Shown: positions 28,377 through 38,763, counted from the first letter of the stretch. The stretch is 64,000 nt of DNA from Desulfobacterales bacterium (GCA_963668645.2 CAXXWC010000003.1:96001-160000); one strand, 5' to 3'. Program-made: numbers and translations. Notes: generated by a model from the letters alone, not told the origin.

Positions 28377-30268
28377 CCCTCCTCCTCGCCGTTTTCAGAA
28401 TCCCGGGTCAGTACGATGCAAAAGGACAACATGACAACCATGACCGAACCGATGTTGTGAACCACCGCGCCCATGATCGGCGAGAGCAGCCCCATGGCGC
28501 CCAAGCCGACGGCGATACCGTTGATCATAAAACTGAGCGCGATGTCAATCCGGATGATGCGCGTCATCCGCCGGCTCAAACGGACCAGAAAGGGAAGCAG
28601 CGCGATCTTGTCGTTCATCAACACGATATCGGCGGTATCCAGGGCGACTTGCGCCCCTCTGGAGCCCATGGCGATACCGACACCGGAACTCTTCAGGCAC
28701 GGCGCGTCATTGATCCCGTCGCCGGTAAAAACCACGCCTTCGAGAAGCTCCTTTTTGAGGATCTGCTGTTTTTCCTCCGGGGTCTTGCGAAAGTGGTATT
28801 CGGAGATCTGCAAAGCGGCAGCCACCTTTTCAACCGCCGCTTGGCAGTCTCCGGAAACGATGGCGATTTTTTCCGCGCCAAGGTCTCTCAGGCCATTGAT
28901 TGCCTGGGCCGCTTCGGGCCGGATACGGTCGAAAAAGTCGATCTGGCCTGCCAGCACCCCGCCCGCCGTCACCCGTACCGTGGTGTGGCCTCCGCTGCCG
29001 CCGGTTTCACCGGCGGAAACAAAAACGGCCTCCCCGTCCACTGTCCCGCCCACGCCCCGGCCGGCCACAACTGCGATATCCTCGGCCGCCATTGGTGCGG
29101 CTCCGATTTCAGCCCCTTTGGCGGCAATCGCCGCGGCGATGGGGTGGGTGCTGCCCCGCTCCACGGCCATGGCCAATTCGAGGACCCGTTCGTCCGTAGC
29201 CCCCGGCGCCGGGCGGATTGCCGTGACCACCGGCTTTCCGGCGGTAAGTGTGCCTGTTTTGTCAAAGTAAAAGGCCCGGGCCCGCGCCAGGGTTTCCAGG
29301 TGGATCCCCCCTTTGACCATGATTCCGGCTTTGGCGGCCCGCCCCACGGCGGCCACGGTGGAAACCGGCCCGGCCAGGAGAAAGGCGCAAGGGCAGCCCA
29401 CCACCAGCACCGCGATCGAACGGCCGACCTCGCCGCTGAAAAGATAGGTCATCACCGCGATGGTGAGGATCACCGGGGTGAACCAGGCGGCGTAGCGGTC
29501 GACGATGCGGGTGCTCCGGCCTCTGCTGTTTTCGGCCTCGGCCACCAGTTGGATGATCCTGCCGATAGTGGCGTCCTTTCCGGTTTTTTTAACCTCCAGG
29601 CGAAGATATCCGTCTATGTTGAGGGTGCCGGCGCTCAGATCATCCCCTTGGGTCCTGAAAACCGGAATCGGCTCTCCGGTGAGCACCGACTCGTCGATGG
29701 CGCCGCCGCCCTCGATAATGCTGCCGTCCACCGGTACGATCTCGCCGGCCTTGACCACCACCACATCGCCGACCTTGACGGCATCGATCTTGCGCAGGAT
29801 CTGCTGGCCGTCGGCCTCGACCAGAGCGGTTTGCGGGTTGACCGCCACCAGCCCGGCGATGGCCCCCCTGGCCCGGTCGCTGACCGCCTCTTCGATAAAG
29901 GCGCCAAGGACCATGATGAGGCTGATAAGGGCCGCCTCGAGAAGATTTCCGGTCAGCAGGCAGGCGACGATGGCGATGCTGACCAGTTCGTCCACGTTGA
30001 CCTTTTTTTCGACGATCCCCCGTATGGCGCCGGCGATGATGGGAAGACCGTTCAGCGCCACCGAGAACAACAGCAGCAGGCTCAGGGGGGTAGTCCCCTC
30101 GAAAAGAGCTCGCAGCGGCCCGGGAATGGAAACGGGCAGCCCGCCCCCATCGACCCCCACCAGCCAGTATCCGGCCGGGATCAGTGCTGCACCGACCAGA
30201 ATCCGAGCGAAATCCCGCGATTTGAATATCTCCGTGTAAACAGACAGATCTCTGAAGCGTCCAACCAT
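28373..30268 (-). CDS. Heavy-metal-translocating P1B-type ATPase with no N-terminal HMA domain
   Basis: LTGE, CPC, DKTGTLT, HP and GDGINDAP motifs; last TM carries HNIGS. Start at MVGRF with GGAGAGAGG RBS. Confidence 0.93.
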   Translation of the reverse strand: MVGRFRDLSVYTEIFKSRDFARILVGAALIPAGYWLVGVDGGGLPVSIPGPLRALFEGTTPLSLLLLFSVALNGLPIIAGAIRGIVEKKVNVDELVSIAIVACLLTGNLLEAALISLIMVLGAFIEEAVSDRARGAIAGLVAVNPQTALVEADGQQILRKIDAVKVGDVVVVKAGEIVPVDGSIIEGGGAIDESVLTGEPIPVFRTQGDDLSAGTLNIDGYLRLEVKKTGKDATIGRIIQLVAEAENSRGRSTRIVDRYAAWFTPVILTIAVMTYLFSGEVGRSIAVLVVGCPCAFLLAGPVSTVAAVGRAAKAGIMVKGGIHLETLARARAFYFDKTGTLTAGKPVVTAIRPAPGATDERVLELAMAVERGSTHPIAAAIAAKGAEIGAAPMAAEDIAVVAGRGVGGTVDGEAVFVSAGETGGSGGHTTVRVTAGGVLAGQIDFFDRIRPEAAQAINGLRDLGAEKIAIVSGDCQAAVEKVAAALQISEYHFRKTPEEKQQILKKELLEGVVFTGDGINDAPCLKSSGVGIAMGSRGAQVALDTADIVLMNDKIALLPFLVRLSRRMTRIIRIDIALSFMINGIAVGLGAMGLLSPIMGAVVHNIGSVMVVMLSFCIVLTRDSENGEEEG

Positions 30269-30533
30269 TCCCCTCTCTCCTTGCCGGCAATTGTTTTGAG
30301 TTTCGTTTATTTTGAGACTCAAATTATCCAGACACCAAACATCTGTCAACCATTTTTTCACCACGGCTCAATTCCCACACGCCGAATCCCGGCCAGGCTT
30401 CCGTTTCCGGTCCTGCGTTGATTTTGGCAAAAGTTTTGCGCAACCGCTGCCGGGAAGGTGGACTGCTTGAGTTTCGACTCCAGGTCATATACAAGATAGC
30501 TTTCGCAAACGTTCCGATACGGAGTCCGAAATC

Positions 30534-32101
30534 ATGATCACCCTGCTTGACTACGGCGCTGGCAATGTCCGCAGCGTCATCAACGCCATCGAAAATCTCG
30601 GCCACAAGGTGCGTCTGGTGCGCACCGGCCAGGACCTTCTGGAAGCCGAAAAACTCGTTTTCCCCGGGGTGGGCGCCTTTGGCAGCATGATGGAAATCCT
30701 CCACCAGCGTAATCTGGTGGAACCTTTGAAGCGGTATCTGGCCGCCGACCGTCCGTTTCTCGGGATCTGCCTCGGCATGCAGGCCCTGTTCGCCGGCAGT
30801 GAGGAAGCCCCCGGCGTTCCCGGGCTGGGCCTGCTGCCCGGCCGCGTGAAACGCTTCACCGTCGATCTGGCCGTACCCCACATCGGCTGGAACGGGGTTC
30901 GCGCCCGCCAGGCATCCAGGATCTTTGCCGGGCTTGAGGGAGACGAAAAATTCTACTTTGTCCACTCCTATCACCTGGAGGCCGACGAATCGGTGGTGCT
31001 GACGGTCACGGATTACGGCTATCCGTTTGTCAGCGCCGTGCAGCGCGGCAACATCATAGGCACTCAGTTCCACCGGAAAAAAGCGGTGCCGCCGGGGCCC
31101 GGCTCCTGGCCAACTTTCTGGAAAACGACCGGCCCGCTGCGCTGCCGGCCCGCATTCCCCAACGGACCTGCCTGGCCAAACGCATCATCGCCTGCCTGGA
31201 TGTACGCGCCAACGACCAGGGCGACCTGGTGGTGACCAAAGGGGACCAGTACGACGTGCGCCAAGACGGGGCGGTGCGCAATCTGGGCCGACCGGTGGAT
31301 CTGGCCCGGCGCTACTATGAAGAGGGGGCCGATGAGATCACCTTCCTGAACATCACCGGATTTCGCGACTTTCCCCTTCAGGACATGCCGATGATCGAGG
31401 TGCTGCGCCAGACCTCGCGCAACGTCTTCGTGCCTTTGACCATCGGCGGCGGGATCCGCGACTTTACCGACCGTGAAGGCAGGCACTACTCCGCCCTGCA
31501 GGTGGCCGGCGAGTATTTTCGCTCCGGGGCCGACAAGGTTTCCATCGGTTCGGATGCCGTGGCTGTCGTTGAGGATTTTCTCGCCGCAGGAAAGGCCACG
31601 GGGAAAAGCGCCATCGAGACCATCGCGCGGGTTTACGGCAACCAGGCGGTGGTGATCTCCATCGATCCGCGGCGGGTCTATGTCGATTCTGCCGGGAACA
31701 TGCCTCACCACGTGATCGAAACGGAGATTGCCGGACCGGCCGGCGAACGTTTCTGCTGGTTTCAGTGCACCGTGCGCGGCGGGCGCGAGGGCCGGCCGGT
31801 GGATGCTGTCACCCTGGCCCGGGTCTGTGAAGAGTTGGGCGCCGGTGAGATTCTGCTCAACAGCATCGACCGTGACGGGACCAAGAGCGGCTTCGACCTC
31901 GAGCTGATCCGGGCCGTCAAGGCGGCCGTCACCATCCCGGTGATCGCCTCCTCGGGAGCCGGATCGACGGCGCACTTCGAAGAGGTCTTTACCCGTACGC
32001 CGGTGGAATCGGCCCTTGCCGCCGGGATCTTTCACCGCAGTGAAGTGCCCATCGGGGCGGTCAAGGCCGGCCTGCAAGGCAAGGTAGAAATCCGCCTCTG
32101 A
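30534..32101 (+). CDS. hisHF: Bifunctional fused imidazole-glycerol-phosphate synthase HisHF with an apparent 1-nt deletion at ~31074
   Basis: Glutaminase half: PGVG, GICLGMQ, YFVHSY, QFH. Restoring one C in CACCGGAA gives FHPEKSG and an open frame into [29 protein letters not shown]...LLNSIDRDG...ALAAGIFH, the cyclase half. Confidence 0.9.
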
Positions 32102-32187
32102 GTTGACACAGGAAGGCTTGAAGCCTTAAAACAGGGCGGCAGGCAAGCGATACGTCCACACCCGGCGCATCCGGACAGGAGTGCGGC

Positions 32188-32883
32188 ATGGACGACAAAG
32201 CCCGGCTTTTTCTGACCCCTTCCCAGGCCTTGAGAGCGATCCGCCTCGACTTTGATCAGTACGCTCCCCAGACAAGTCTTTTTTGCAACCTCGTGCCCAG
32301 CGTCTGGGGGGTGCAGGCCCTCATCGCCCCGGGAACGGGTGCAGGCGAATTCTGGTTGCGCACCACGCGATCGGGCCCTTTACGGCGGGTATCGGACCGG
32401 ACGTTGCGAGACCTGATCCTGCTGCGTCTTGAAGCCGATCCCCCGCCGCCGGAGGGTCTGGCCGCCATCTGCCGCCAGGTTTTCCGGACCCGGGCCGTTA
32501 TCGGGTCGCACGGGGGGCGGGCCGGACTATGGATTGAAACCGGCATGGAAGCATTTGCCTGCCGCCGCTGCGGCCACTGCTGTTGCACCCTTTTTTTCCG
32601 CAATGCCGGAACGGCGCGCGACTACAGGCGCATTGAGCGGGCGGGCCGGCCGGATATCCTCGTACGTATGGCACCGGTGCGCCGCAGCGGCAGGATCGTA
32701 TCCTGCCGCCTGTGGATCGAGCCGACTACGGGCGCTTTCAGTGAAATCTGCCCCTGGCTGATTGACGAGGCGGACGGAGGCCACTCCTGTGCGATTTACG
32801 ATCTGCGGCCGCAGATCTGCCGCGAGTACCCCGGCAGCCGCAAGCACGCCGAAATGACGGGCTGCGCCGGATTCCGTTCTTAG
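32188..32883 (+). CDS. YkgJ family cysteine-cluster (CxxCxxCC) protein with N-terminal extension
   Basis: FACRRCGHCC ... CPWL ... CAIYDLRPQICREYP. RBS AGGAG. Confidence 0.85.
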   Translation: MDDKARLFLTPSQALRAIRLDFDQYAPQTSLFCNLVPSVWGVQALIAPGTGAGEFWLRTTRSGPLRRVSDRTLRDLILLRLEADPPPPEGLAAICRQVFRTRAVIGSHGGRAGLWIETGMEAFACRRCGHCCCTLFFRNAGTARDYRRIERAGRPDILVRMAPVRRSGRIVSCRLWIEPTTGAFSEICPWLIDEADGGHSCAIYDLRPQICREYPGSRKHAEMTGCAGFRS

Positions 32884-32943
32884 CCGGCAGGGCAAAGACG
32901 CGCGGGGCCGCAAGCAAGAGGTACAAGCAAGGTGGAGGAAAAG

Positions 32944-33369
32944 ATGCCCGATGCCCGATTCGAGAAGGTCCAGCGTTCAGACACCCCCCTTTACGGGCCG
33001 CGCAAGATGGTGCTGTGCGGATTCGGCCGCGAGACCCAGCCCAAGTTCAAAACGGTGATCGAAATGGCCGGTCTGGCCGGCGTCCCGCTGGTCTGGGCTT
33101 CGGCTGCAGACGGTCCGGCACTGCTCGCCGAGCTCTTCGACCGGCCGGCAGGCAGCGGCGAGGGGATCGGATCGGCACTGCCGCGGGCCATCATCATGGC
33201 CGGAATTACGGAAAACGAACTGCACCGGTTAATGAATGTCTGCAAGCGCACCGGAATGCGCAATGCCCTTTGGGCGGCCCTGACCCCGACATCTGAAACG
33301 TGGCCTCTCGAAGCGCTGTTGGCCGAACTTTCCGCCGAAAGACGCCAGCTCGACCAGCGTGCAAAATAG
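32944..33369 (+). CDS. DUF3783-like protein
   Basis: C-terminal ALWAALTPTSETWPLEALLAELSAER resembles DUF3783. RBS GGAGG. Confidence 0.75.
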   Translation: MPDARFEKVQRSDTPLYGPRKMVLCGFGRETQPKFKTVIEMAGLAGVPLVWASAADGPALLAELFDRPAGSGEGIGSALPRAIIMAGITENELHRLMNVCKRTGMRNALWAALTPTSETWPLEALLAELSAERRQLDQRAK

Positions 33370-33441
33370 GAACGGCCGGCTGGTCGAATCTGTTTTCCGA
33401 TCCCATCGGAATTACATCTCTCACGGTCAAGGGGCCACCTG

Positions 33442-33744
33442 TCATGGCCTGCCGAAAATCAAAAAGTAAAAGGTAAAAGCCCCGCCGTTGACGCGCACCG
33501 TCAGGTCGGCGCCGCGACTGGCGGCCCAGACCACCCACGGCGGCCGTGGATCAGCCCCGCAGCGCACCGGAGGGCCGAACGCATCGGTGCCCCGGTCGTG
33601 CCATGAGAGCAGCACGGCGTTGCGGTCGATTTGCCGCGCGCGATCTTTGGCCTCATTCTTGACCGTCTCGAAATCGAGCCGATCCTCGTCAATCAAAATC
33701 TCAAGCAAATCGCCAAGAATCGGGTCCTGCACATCTTGGGTCAT
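33442..33744 (-). CDS. AF1514-family (DUF5619-like) protein
   Basis: LDFE...A...A...VLLSWHDR....P...C.....PPWVVWAASRGADLTVRVNGG.FTFYF pattern. RBS GGAGG. Confidence 0.7.
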   Translation of the reverse strand: MTQDVQDPILGDLLEILIDEDRLDFETVKNEAKDRARQIDRNAVLLSWHDRGTDAFGPPVRCGADPRPPWVVWAASRGADLTVRVNGGAFTFYFLIFGRP

Positions 33745-34111
33745 CTCGCCTCCATGTCTTGAAACTGTCCAAGGTCCAGCGGCGGCACCCCCGCCGAGGC
33801 GCCAATGCACCACCAGTGCAAGAATCCATCCGGCGATCAACAGGGTCAATCTTAACCCCTACGGCCAACGGCTCAGTTTTTGCTATACTTTGCTTGGGCG
33901 TTCAGGTATAGCGCCGGGCCGCTTAATTCGCAACGCCGGTGCCAGACAGGCTATTTCTCCTGAAAAGGATAGGTTTAAAGTACCAATTGACCGCGGCTGA
34001 AACTTCCGAATCGGAAGCCCGGCCGGCGGTATCGGAACCCGGATCTCTCACTGCGGCGTGCCGCCGGCCCTTTTAAATCCGGCCGATGGGGCGCCGGCCT
34101 TTTTGGAAATC

Positions 34112-36814
34112 ATGAAAAAGCATGCCACCATCTTCGCCGATCTACTCATTGCCATCGCCTTTGCGGTGGTGACGTTCAGTCTCTGGGCCGTTTTCAATCG
34201 TCCGGTGAGCGGACCGCCCTGGCCCCAGCGCATCCAGGGCTTTTCGTTTTCGCCGCTGCATGCCGAACACGACGGCATCGCCCGCATTTACCCCACCGAG
34301 GAACAAATGGACCGGGACCTGGCCCTGCTGGCGGGCAAGACCCACGCGGTGCGCACCTACACCGTAGACGGCAGCCTGCATCGGATCCCGGCCCTGGCCG
34401 CCCGTTACGACATCAATGTCGCCCTGGGCGTCTGGATCGGCGATACGCCAGAGCGGGATCGCGAAGAACTTAATCTGGCAAAAACCCTGGCGTACACCTA
34501 CCACAACGTGGTGCGGTTGATGGTGGGCAACGAGGTGGTCCTGCGAGGGGAATTTCCCCGTGAAAAACTCTACGCCTATCTCGATGAAATGCGCGCCGCG
34601 GTCTGGCAGCCGGTGAGTACCGCCGAGCCGTGGCACGTATGGCTCAAGCACCCGGAATTGGCGGCTCACGTGGACTACCTGGCCGTTCACCTGCTCCCCT
34701 ACTGGGAAGGCATCGATGTCGAGGAAGCCGTCTCCTACTGCCTGGACAAGGTGGATCTGCTGCACCGCACCTTTCCCAACAAACCGATCGTCATCGCCGA
34801 AGTCGGCTGGCCGAGCCACGGGCGGATCCGCAAGAGCGCCGATGCCTCGCCGGCCAACCAGGCGATTTTCTTGCGCCATTTTCTGCGCGAGGCCGAAAAG
34901 CGCCAATTTGTCTACTACGTCATGGAGGCCTTTGACCAGCCCTGGAAAGCCGCCAGTGAAGGCGCCGTAGGCGCCTACTGGGGTGTTTACGACGTATTCC
35001 GCCAGCCCAAATTTCCTTTCAGTGCCCCTTTGGTGCGCATCCCCCACTGGCAGGTGCTGGCCGGGCTCTCGGTTCTGGTTTCCCTCATCATCCTGACCCT
35101 GCTGCTTTTCGACAGCCGCGCCCTGCGCAAACGCGGCCGCAGCTTCCTGGCCATCAGCGCCTTTGCCGCCAGTACCGCCGCCGTATGGGTGGTGTACGAC
35201 TACAGCCGCCAATATCTGACCCCCTACCTGCTGGTCGTCGGACTGCTGCTCTTTACCGGACTGCTCGGGGTGATTCTGGTGATACTGGCCGAGGCCCATG
35301 AATGGGCCGAGGCCAACTGGGCACTTTACCGCCGCCGGCTTCCATCCATCCGCGCCGTCATCGGCCCCCTGCCCAGAGTATCGATCCATGTGCCGGCCTA
35401 CAACGAACCGCCGGAGATGCTCTGCGCCACCCTCGACGCCCTGGCGGCCCTGGACTATGCGGACTTCGAAGTCCTGGTGGTGGACAACAACACCCGCGAT
35501 CCGGCCGTCTGGCGGCCGGTGGAAGCGCACTGCCGCCGGCTGGGACCCCACTTTCGCTTTTTCCACGTCGATCCGCTGTCCGGCTTCAAGGCCGGAGCCT
35601 TGAACTTCGCCCTGCGCCACACCGCTGCCGAAGCCGCGGTGGTGGCGGTCATCGACAGCGACTACCAGGTCGATGCAAACTGGCTCAAGGACCTGGTCCC
35701 GCTTTTTGAATCACCGCAAACAGCCATCGTCCAGGCTCCCCAGGATTACCGGGATGCCGGCGGCAACGCCTTCAAGGCCATGATGCACGCCGAATACCGG
35801 GGTTTTTTCTACATCGGCATGATTACCCGCAACGAACGCAACGCCATCATCCAGCACGGCACCATGACCCTGGTCCGGCGCCGGGTCCTGGAGGAGGTCG
35901 GCGGATGGGCCGAGTGGTGCATCACCGAAGACGCCGAACTGGGGCTGCGCATTCTGGCCCGGGGCTATGACGCCTTCTACCTGCCGCACAGCTACGGGCG
36001 CGGCCTGATGCCCGACACCATCGGAGACTTCAAAAAACAGCGCTTCCGGTGGGCCTTTGGCGCCATGCAGATCCTGCGCCGCCACCGCGGCGAACTGCTC
36101 GGTCCGGGGCGGTTGCGCGCCGGCCAGCGCTATCATTTCATCGCCGGCTGGCTCCCGTGGATGGCCGACGGCTTCAATCTGGCCTTCAGCCTGGCGGCCC
36201 TGGGCTGGTCCACCGCCATGGTCGGGTGGCCGACCAGGGTGGATCCGCCCTCTATGACCTTTGCCGCCCTGCCCATGGCGCTGTTCGGATTCAAGGTCGT
36301 CAAGCTGGCGCATCTGTACCGGACCCGGGTGGGTGCCGGCCTGCGCCAGACCCTGGCCGCCGCCCTGGCTGGGCTGGCCCTGACCAACGTTATCGGCCAG
36401 GCGGTCCTGTGGGGTTTGGTAAAGCGCGAAAAAGCCTTTTTCCGCACCCCCAAGATGGCCGACGCCCAACCCATGGCGGGGGCACTGGCGGCCAGCCGCC
36501 AGGAGATCCTTTTTATGGTGTCGCTCTGGCTGGCGGCCTTTGCCGTCGCTGGATTCACTCCGATGAACGGCCCGGACGCATACCTGTGGGTCATCATGCT
36601 GCTGGTCCAATCCCTTCCCTACACGGCCGCCACCCTCGTCGCTATGGTCAGTGGGCTGCCCGGCATCCCAGCCGCCATTCTGGGCCGCAGCACGGACATG
36701 GAAAATGCCGTCAAGGGATTGCTGATCCCCGGTCCCGGGACGGCCGTCCGGCACCAGGGCAAGAAGATGCAAGGAAAGGGGTCCGATCCTCCCGGCCACG
36801 ATCTGGCGGCCTGA
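34112..36814 (+). CDS. ndvB: NdvB-like cyclic beta-(1,3)-glucan synthase (periplasmic GH17 + GT2)
   Basis: GH17 motifs VRTY, VGNE, HLLPYWEG, IAEVGWPS and EAFDQPWK. GT2 motifs HVPAYNE, KAGALN, DSDY, TED and QRFRW. Confidence 0.88.
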   Translation: MKKHATIFADLLIAIAFAVVTFSLWAVFNRPVSGPPWPQRIQGFSFSPLHAEHDGIARIYPTEEQMDRDLALLAGKTHAVRTYTVDGSLHRIPALAARYDINVALGVWIGDTPERDREELNLAKTLAYTYHNVVRLMVGNEVVLRGEFPREKLYAYLDEMRAAVWQPVSTAEPWHVWLKHPELAAHVDYLAVHLLPYWEGIDVEEAVSYCLDKVDLLHRTFPNKPIVIAEVGWPSHGRIRKSADASPANQAIFLRHFLREAEKRQFVYYVMEAFDQPWKAASEGAVGAYWGVYDVFRQPKFPFSAPLVRIPHWQVLAGLSVLVSLIILTLLLFDSRALRKRGRSFLAISAFAASTAAVWVVYDYSRQYLTPYLLVVGLLLFTGLLGVILVILAEAHEWAEANWALYRRRLPSIRAVIGPLPRVSIHVPAYNEPPEMLCATLDALAALDYADFEVLVVDNNTRDPAVWRPVEAHCRRLGPHFRFFHVDPLSGFKAGALNFALRHTAAEAAVVAVIDSDYQVDANWLKDLVPLFESPQTAIVQAPQDYRDAGGNAFKAMMHAEYRGFFYIGMITRNERNAIIQHGTMTLVRRRVLEEVGGWAEWCITEDAELGLRILARGYDAFYLPHSYGRGLMPDTIGDFKKQRFRWAFGAMQILRRHRGELLGPGRLRAGQRYHFIAGWLPWMADGFNLAFSLAALGWSTAMVGWPTRVDPPSMTFAALPMALFGFKVVKLAHLYRTRVGAGLRQTLAAALAGLALTNVIGQAVLWGLVKREKAFFRTPKMADAQPMAGALAASRQEILFMVSLWLAAFAVAGFTPMNGPDAYLWVIMLLVQSLPYTAATLVAMVSGLPGIPAAILGRSTDMENAVKGLLIPGPGTAVRHQGKKMQGKGSDPPGHDLAA

Positions 36815-36885
36815 ACCGTCCATCGTGCTTAGGGCCACAGACGGAGGCCCCATAGCACTTTCCATGCCATAATTTCGAATATCGA

Positions 36886-36915
36886 TTGACAATGGCCTAT
36901 GGGTACTGATAGTAA
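36886..36915 (+). promoter_or_regulatory. Sigma-70-like promoter of the DEAD-box helicase gene
   Basis: TTGACA at 36886 followed 17-18 nt later by TG-A-TAGTAAT. Confidence 0.5.
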
Positions 36916-36961
36916 TGCACCTGTAATAAGAAGTTTCCCGGTTAACCGAAGAAAATGTGTG

Positions 36962-36992
36962 AGCCCCGGAACTGCTTTCCGGGGCTTTTTTT
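36962..36992 (+). terminator. Terminator hairpin in the helicase 5' leader
   Basis: AGCCCCGGAA-CTGCT-TTCCGGGGCT followed by a T-run, ending ~26 nt before the ATG. Confidence 0.8.
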
Positions 36993-37018
36993 ATGATCGT
37001 TCAAGTAAAAAGGACTCT

Positions 37019-38323
37019 ATGGACTTCACCGATTTTTCGTTCCACCCGCAAATCGCAGCCGGTATCAGGGCTGCGGGTTATACTCAACCGACGCCCATCC
37101 AGACCCAAGCTATAGCTCCGGTCCTCGCAGGCCGCGATGTCATGGGACTCGCCCAGACTGGTACCGGCAAAACCGCCGCTTTCGTACTGCCCATTTTGCA
37201 GCGGATGATCGACCGGCCACGCAAAGGAACCCGTGCCCTGGTACTGGCCCCCACCCGTGAACTGGCCGAACAGACGCACCAGGCCATCGAGACCCTGGGC
37301 CGCAAGACCGGCCAGCGCAGCGTCACGGTCTACGGCGGGATCAATATCAACCGCCAGATCCAGGATCTCAAACGCAAAGCGGACATTGTGGTGGCGTGTC
37401 CCGGCCGTCTGCTGGATCATATCGGACGCGGCACTGTCGATCTTCGCAGCATCGAGGTACTGGTCATCGACGAGGCCGATCAGATGCTCGACATGGGCTT
37501 TCTACCCGACATCCGCCGCATCCTCGGCCGCCTGCCGCAGCGGCGCCAGAACCTGCTCTTTTCGGCCACCATGCCCAAAGAAATCGGCACCCTGGCAGCT
37601 GAAATACTCACCGACCCGGTGCGCGTCCAAGTCGGCACCGTGGCCCCGGCCCACACGGTGAGCCATGCCCTCTTTCCGGTGGCGGCCCATCTCAAGACCC
37701 CCCTGCTGCTCACCCTGCTCGACCGGACGGCCACCGGATCGGTCCTGGTCTTTACCCGCACCAAACACCGCGCCAAACGGTTGGGCGAACAGCTTGCCCG
37801 GGCCGGCTACAGTTCGGCCTCACTCCAGGGCAATCTTTCCCAGAACCGCCGCCAGGAGGCCCTGGATGGATTTCGCGACGGCACTTTCCAGGTCCTGGTG
37901 GCTACGGATATCGCTGCCCGCGGCATCGATGTGGCCAAAGTCTCCCATGTGATCAACTATGACGTGCCGACCACCACCGATGCCTATATCCACCGCATCG
38001 GCCGCACCGGCCGCGCGACCCGCAGCGGTGATGCCTATACCCTGGTCACCGCGGAAGACGAGGCCATGGTGCGGGCCATTGATCGGATCCTGGGCCACCG
38101 GATCGAGCGGCGGACCGTTGCCGATTTCGACTACCAAGTGCCCACGCCTCGACGGGAAACCGAATTCGCCCGCCAACCACAGCCCGGCAGGAATTCACAG
38201 GCTCGGCGCACCCAAGGCAGCCAAAAGACTCAGCCGAGTCGCAAGGCTCGCCCGGTCCAAAATGCCCGTGACAGCCGGCGTCCCTTTCAGGCCTCGCGCC
38301 GCAGCGCAGGAACCGCCGCCTGA
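37019..38323 (+). CDS. DEAD-box ATP-dependent RNA helicase (RhlE-like)
   Basis: Q motif (GYTQPTPIQ), AQTGTGKT, PTRELA, DEAD, SAT, ARGID, HRIGRTGR and a basic C-tail. RBS AAGGA. Confidence 0.95.
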   Translation: MDFTDFSFHPQIAAGIRAAGYTQPTPIQTQAIAPVLAGRDVMGLAQTGTGKTAAFVLPILQRMIDRPRKGTRALVLAPTRELAEQTHQAIETLGRKTGQRSVTVYGGININRQIQDLKRKADIVVACPGRLLDHIGRGTVDLRSIEVLVIDEADQMLDMGFLPDIRRILGRLPQRRQNLLFSATMPKEIGTLAAEILTDPVRVQVGTVAPAHTVSHALFPVAAHLKTPLLLTLLDRTATGSVLVFTRTKHRAKRLGEQLARAGYSSASLQGNLSQNRRQEALDGFRDGTFQVLVATDIAARGIDVAKVSHVINYDVPTTTDAYIHRIGRTGRATRSGDAYTLVTAEDEAMVRAIDRILGHRIERRTVADFDYQVPTPRRETEFARQPQPGRNSQARRTQGSQKTQPSRKARPVQNARDSRRPFQASRRSAGTAA

Positions 38324-38763
38324 AACCATTTAGCGACGGCACCTTCAAATGGGCCGTCGATCCCCGGGGAACGGCTGCAAACCGTTCCCCTCAGCGGCCC
38401 GATACCTTCCCTGGCTGCCTGCCCCTGCGATACCGGACTCTCCCATCTGGCCAGCTTATTCGCCTGTTTTCAAAAAGTTCCGTTTTGCACCGGGTTCTCC
38501 TATTCGGGGTCCCTATTTTGATCAAGCTGGCATTTGCCAAAATCTTTTGCTATGGAATCATCGTGGTACAAACTGAAGCGGCCCGTATGGAACGCTTGGC
38601 ATCGGCTGCGGGGACGCCCCAGTCGACACCATGATCGCCATTAATCCAAATCATCCGTCAAGAAAGGGGGGAGACCACCGGAACCGTAGCATGATGCCCG
38701 CGCGGCAAATCTTGTAACATGCCAACCTAACTGAAAGGTCTATACCAACGAGGAGGAGATCCC

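Noticed and set aside
28457..30421. 654-aa plus-strand ORF
   Set aside because: Shadow of the P-type ATPase.
30534..31235. Separate hisH (30534..31235) and hisF (31229..32101) as called in the ORF track
   Set aside because: HisH would lose its catalytic HPE and HisF its N-terminal ACLD strand; a fused gene with one missing base fits better.
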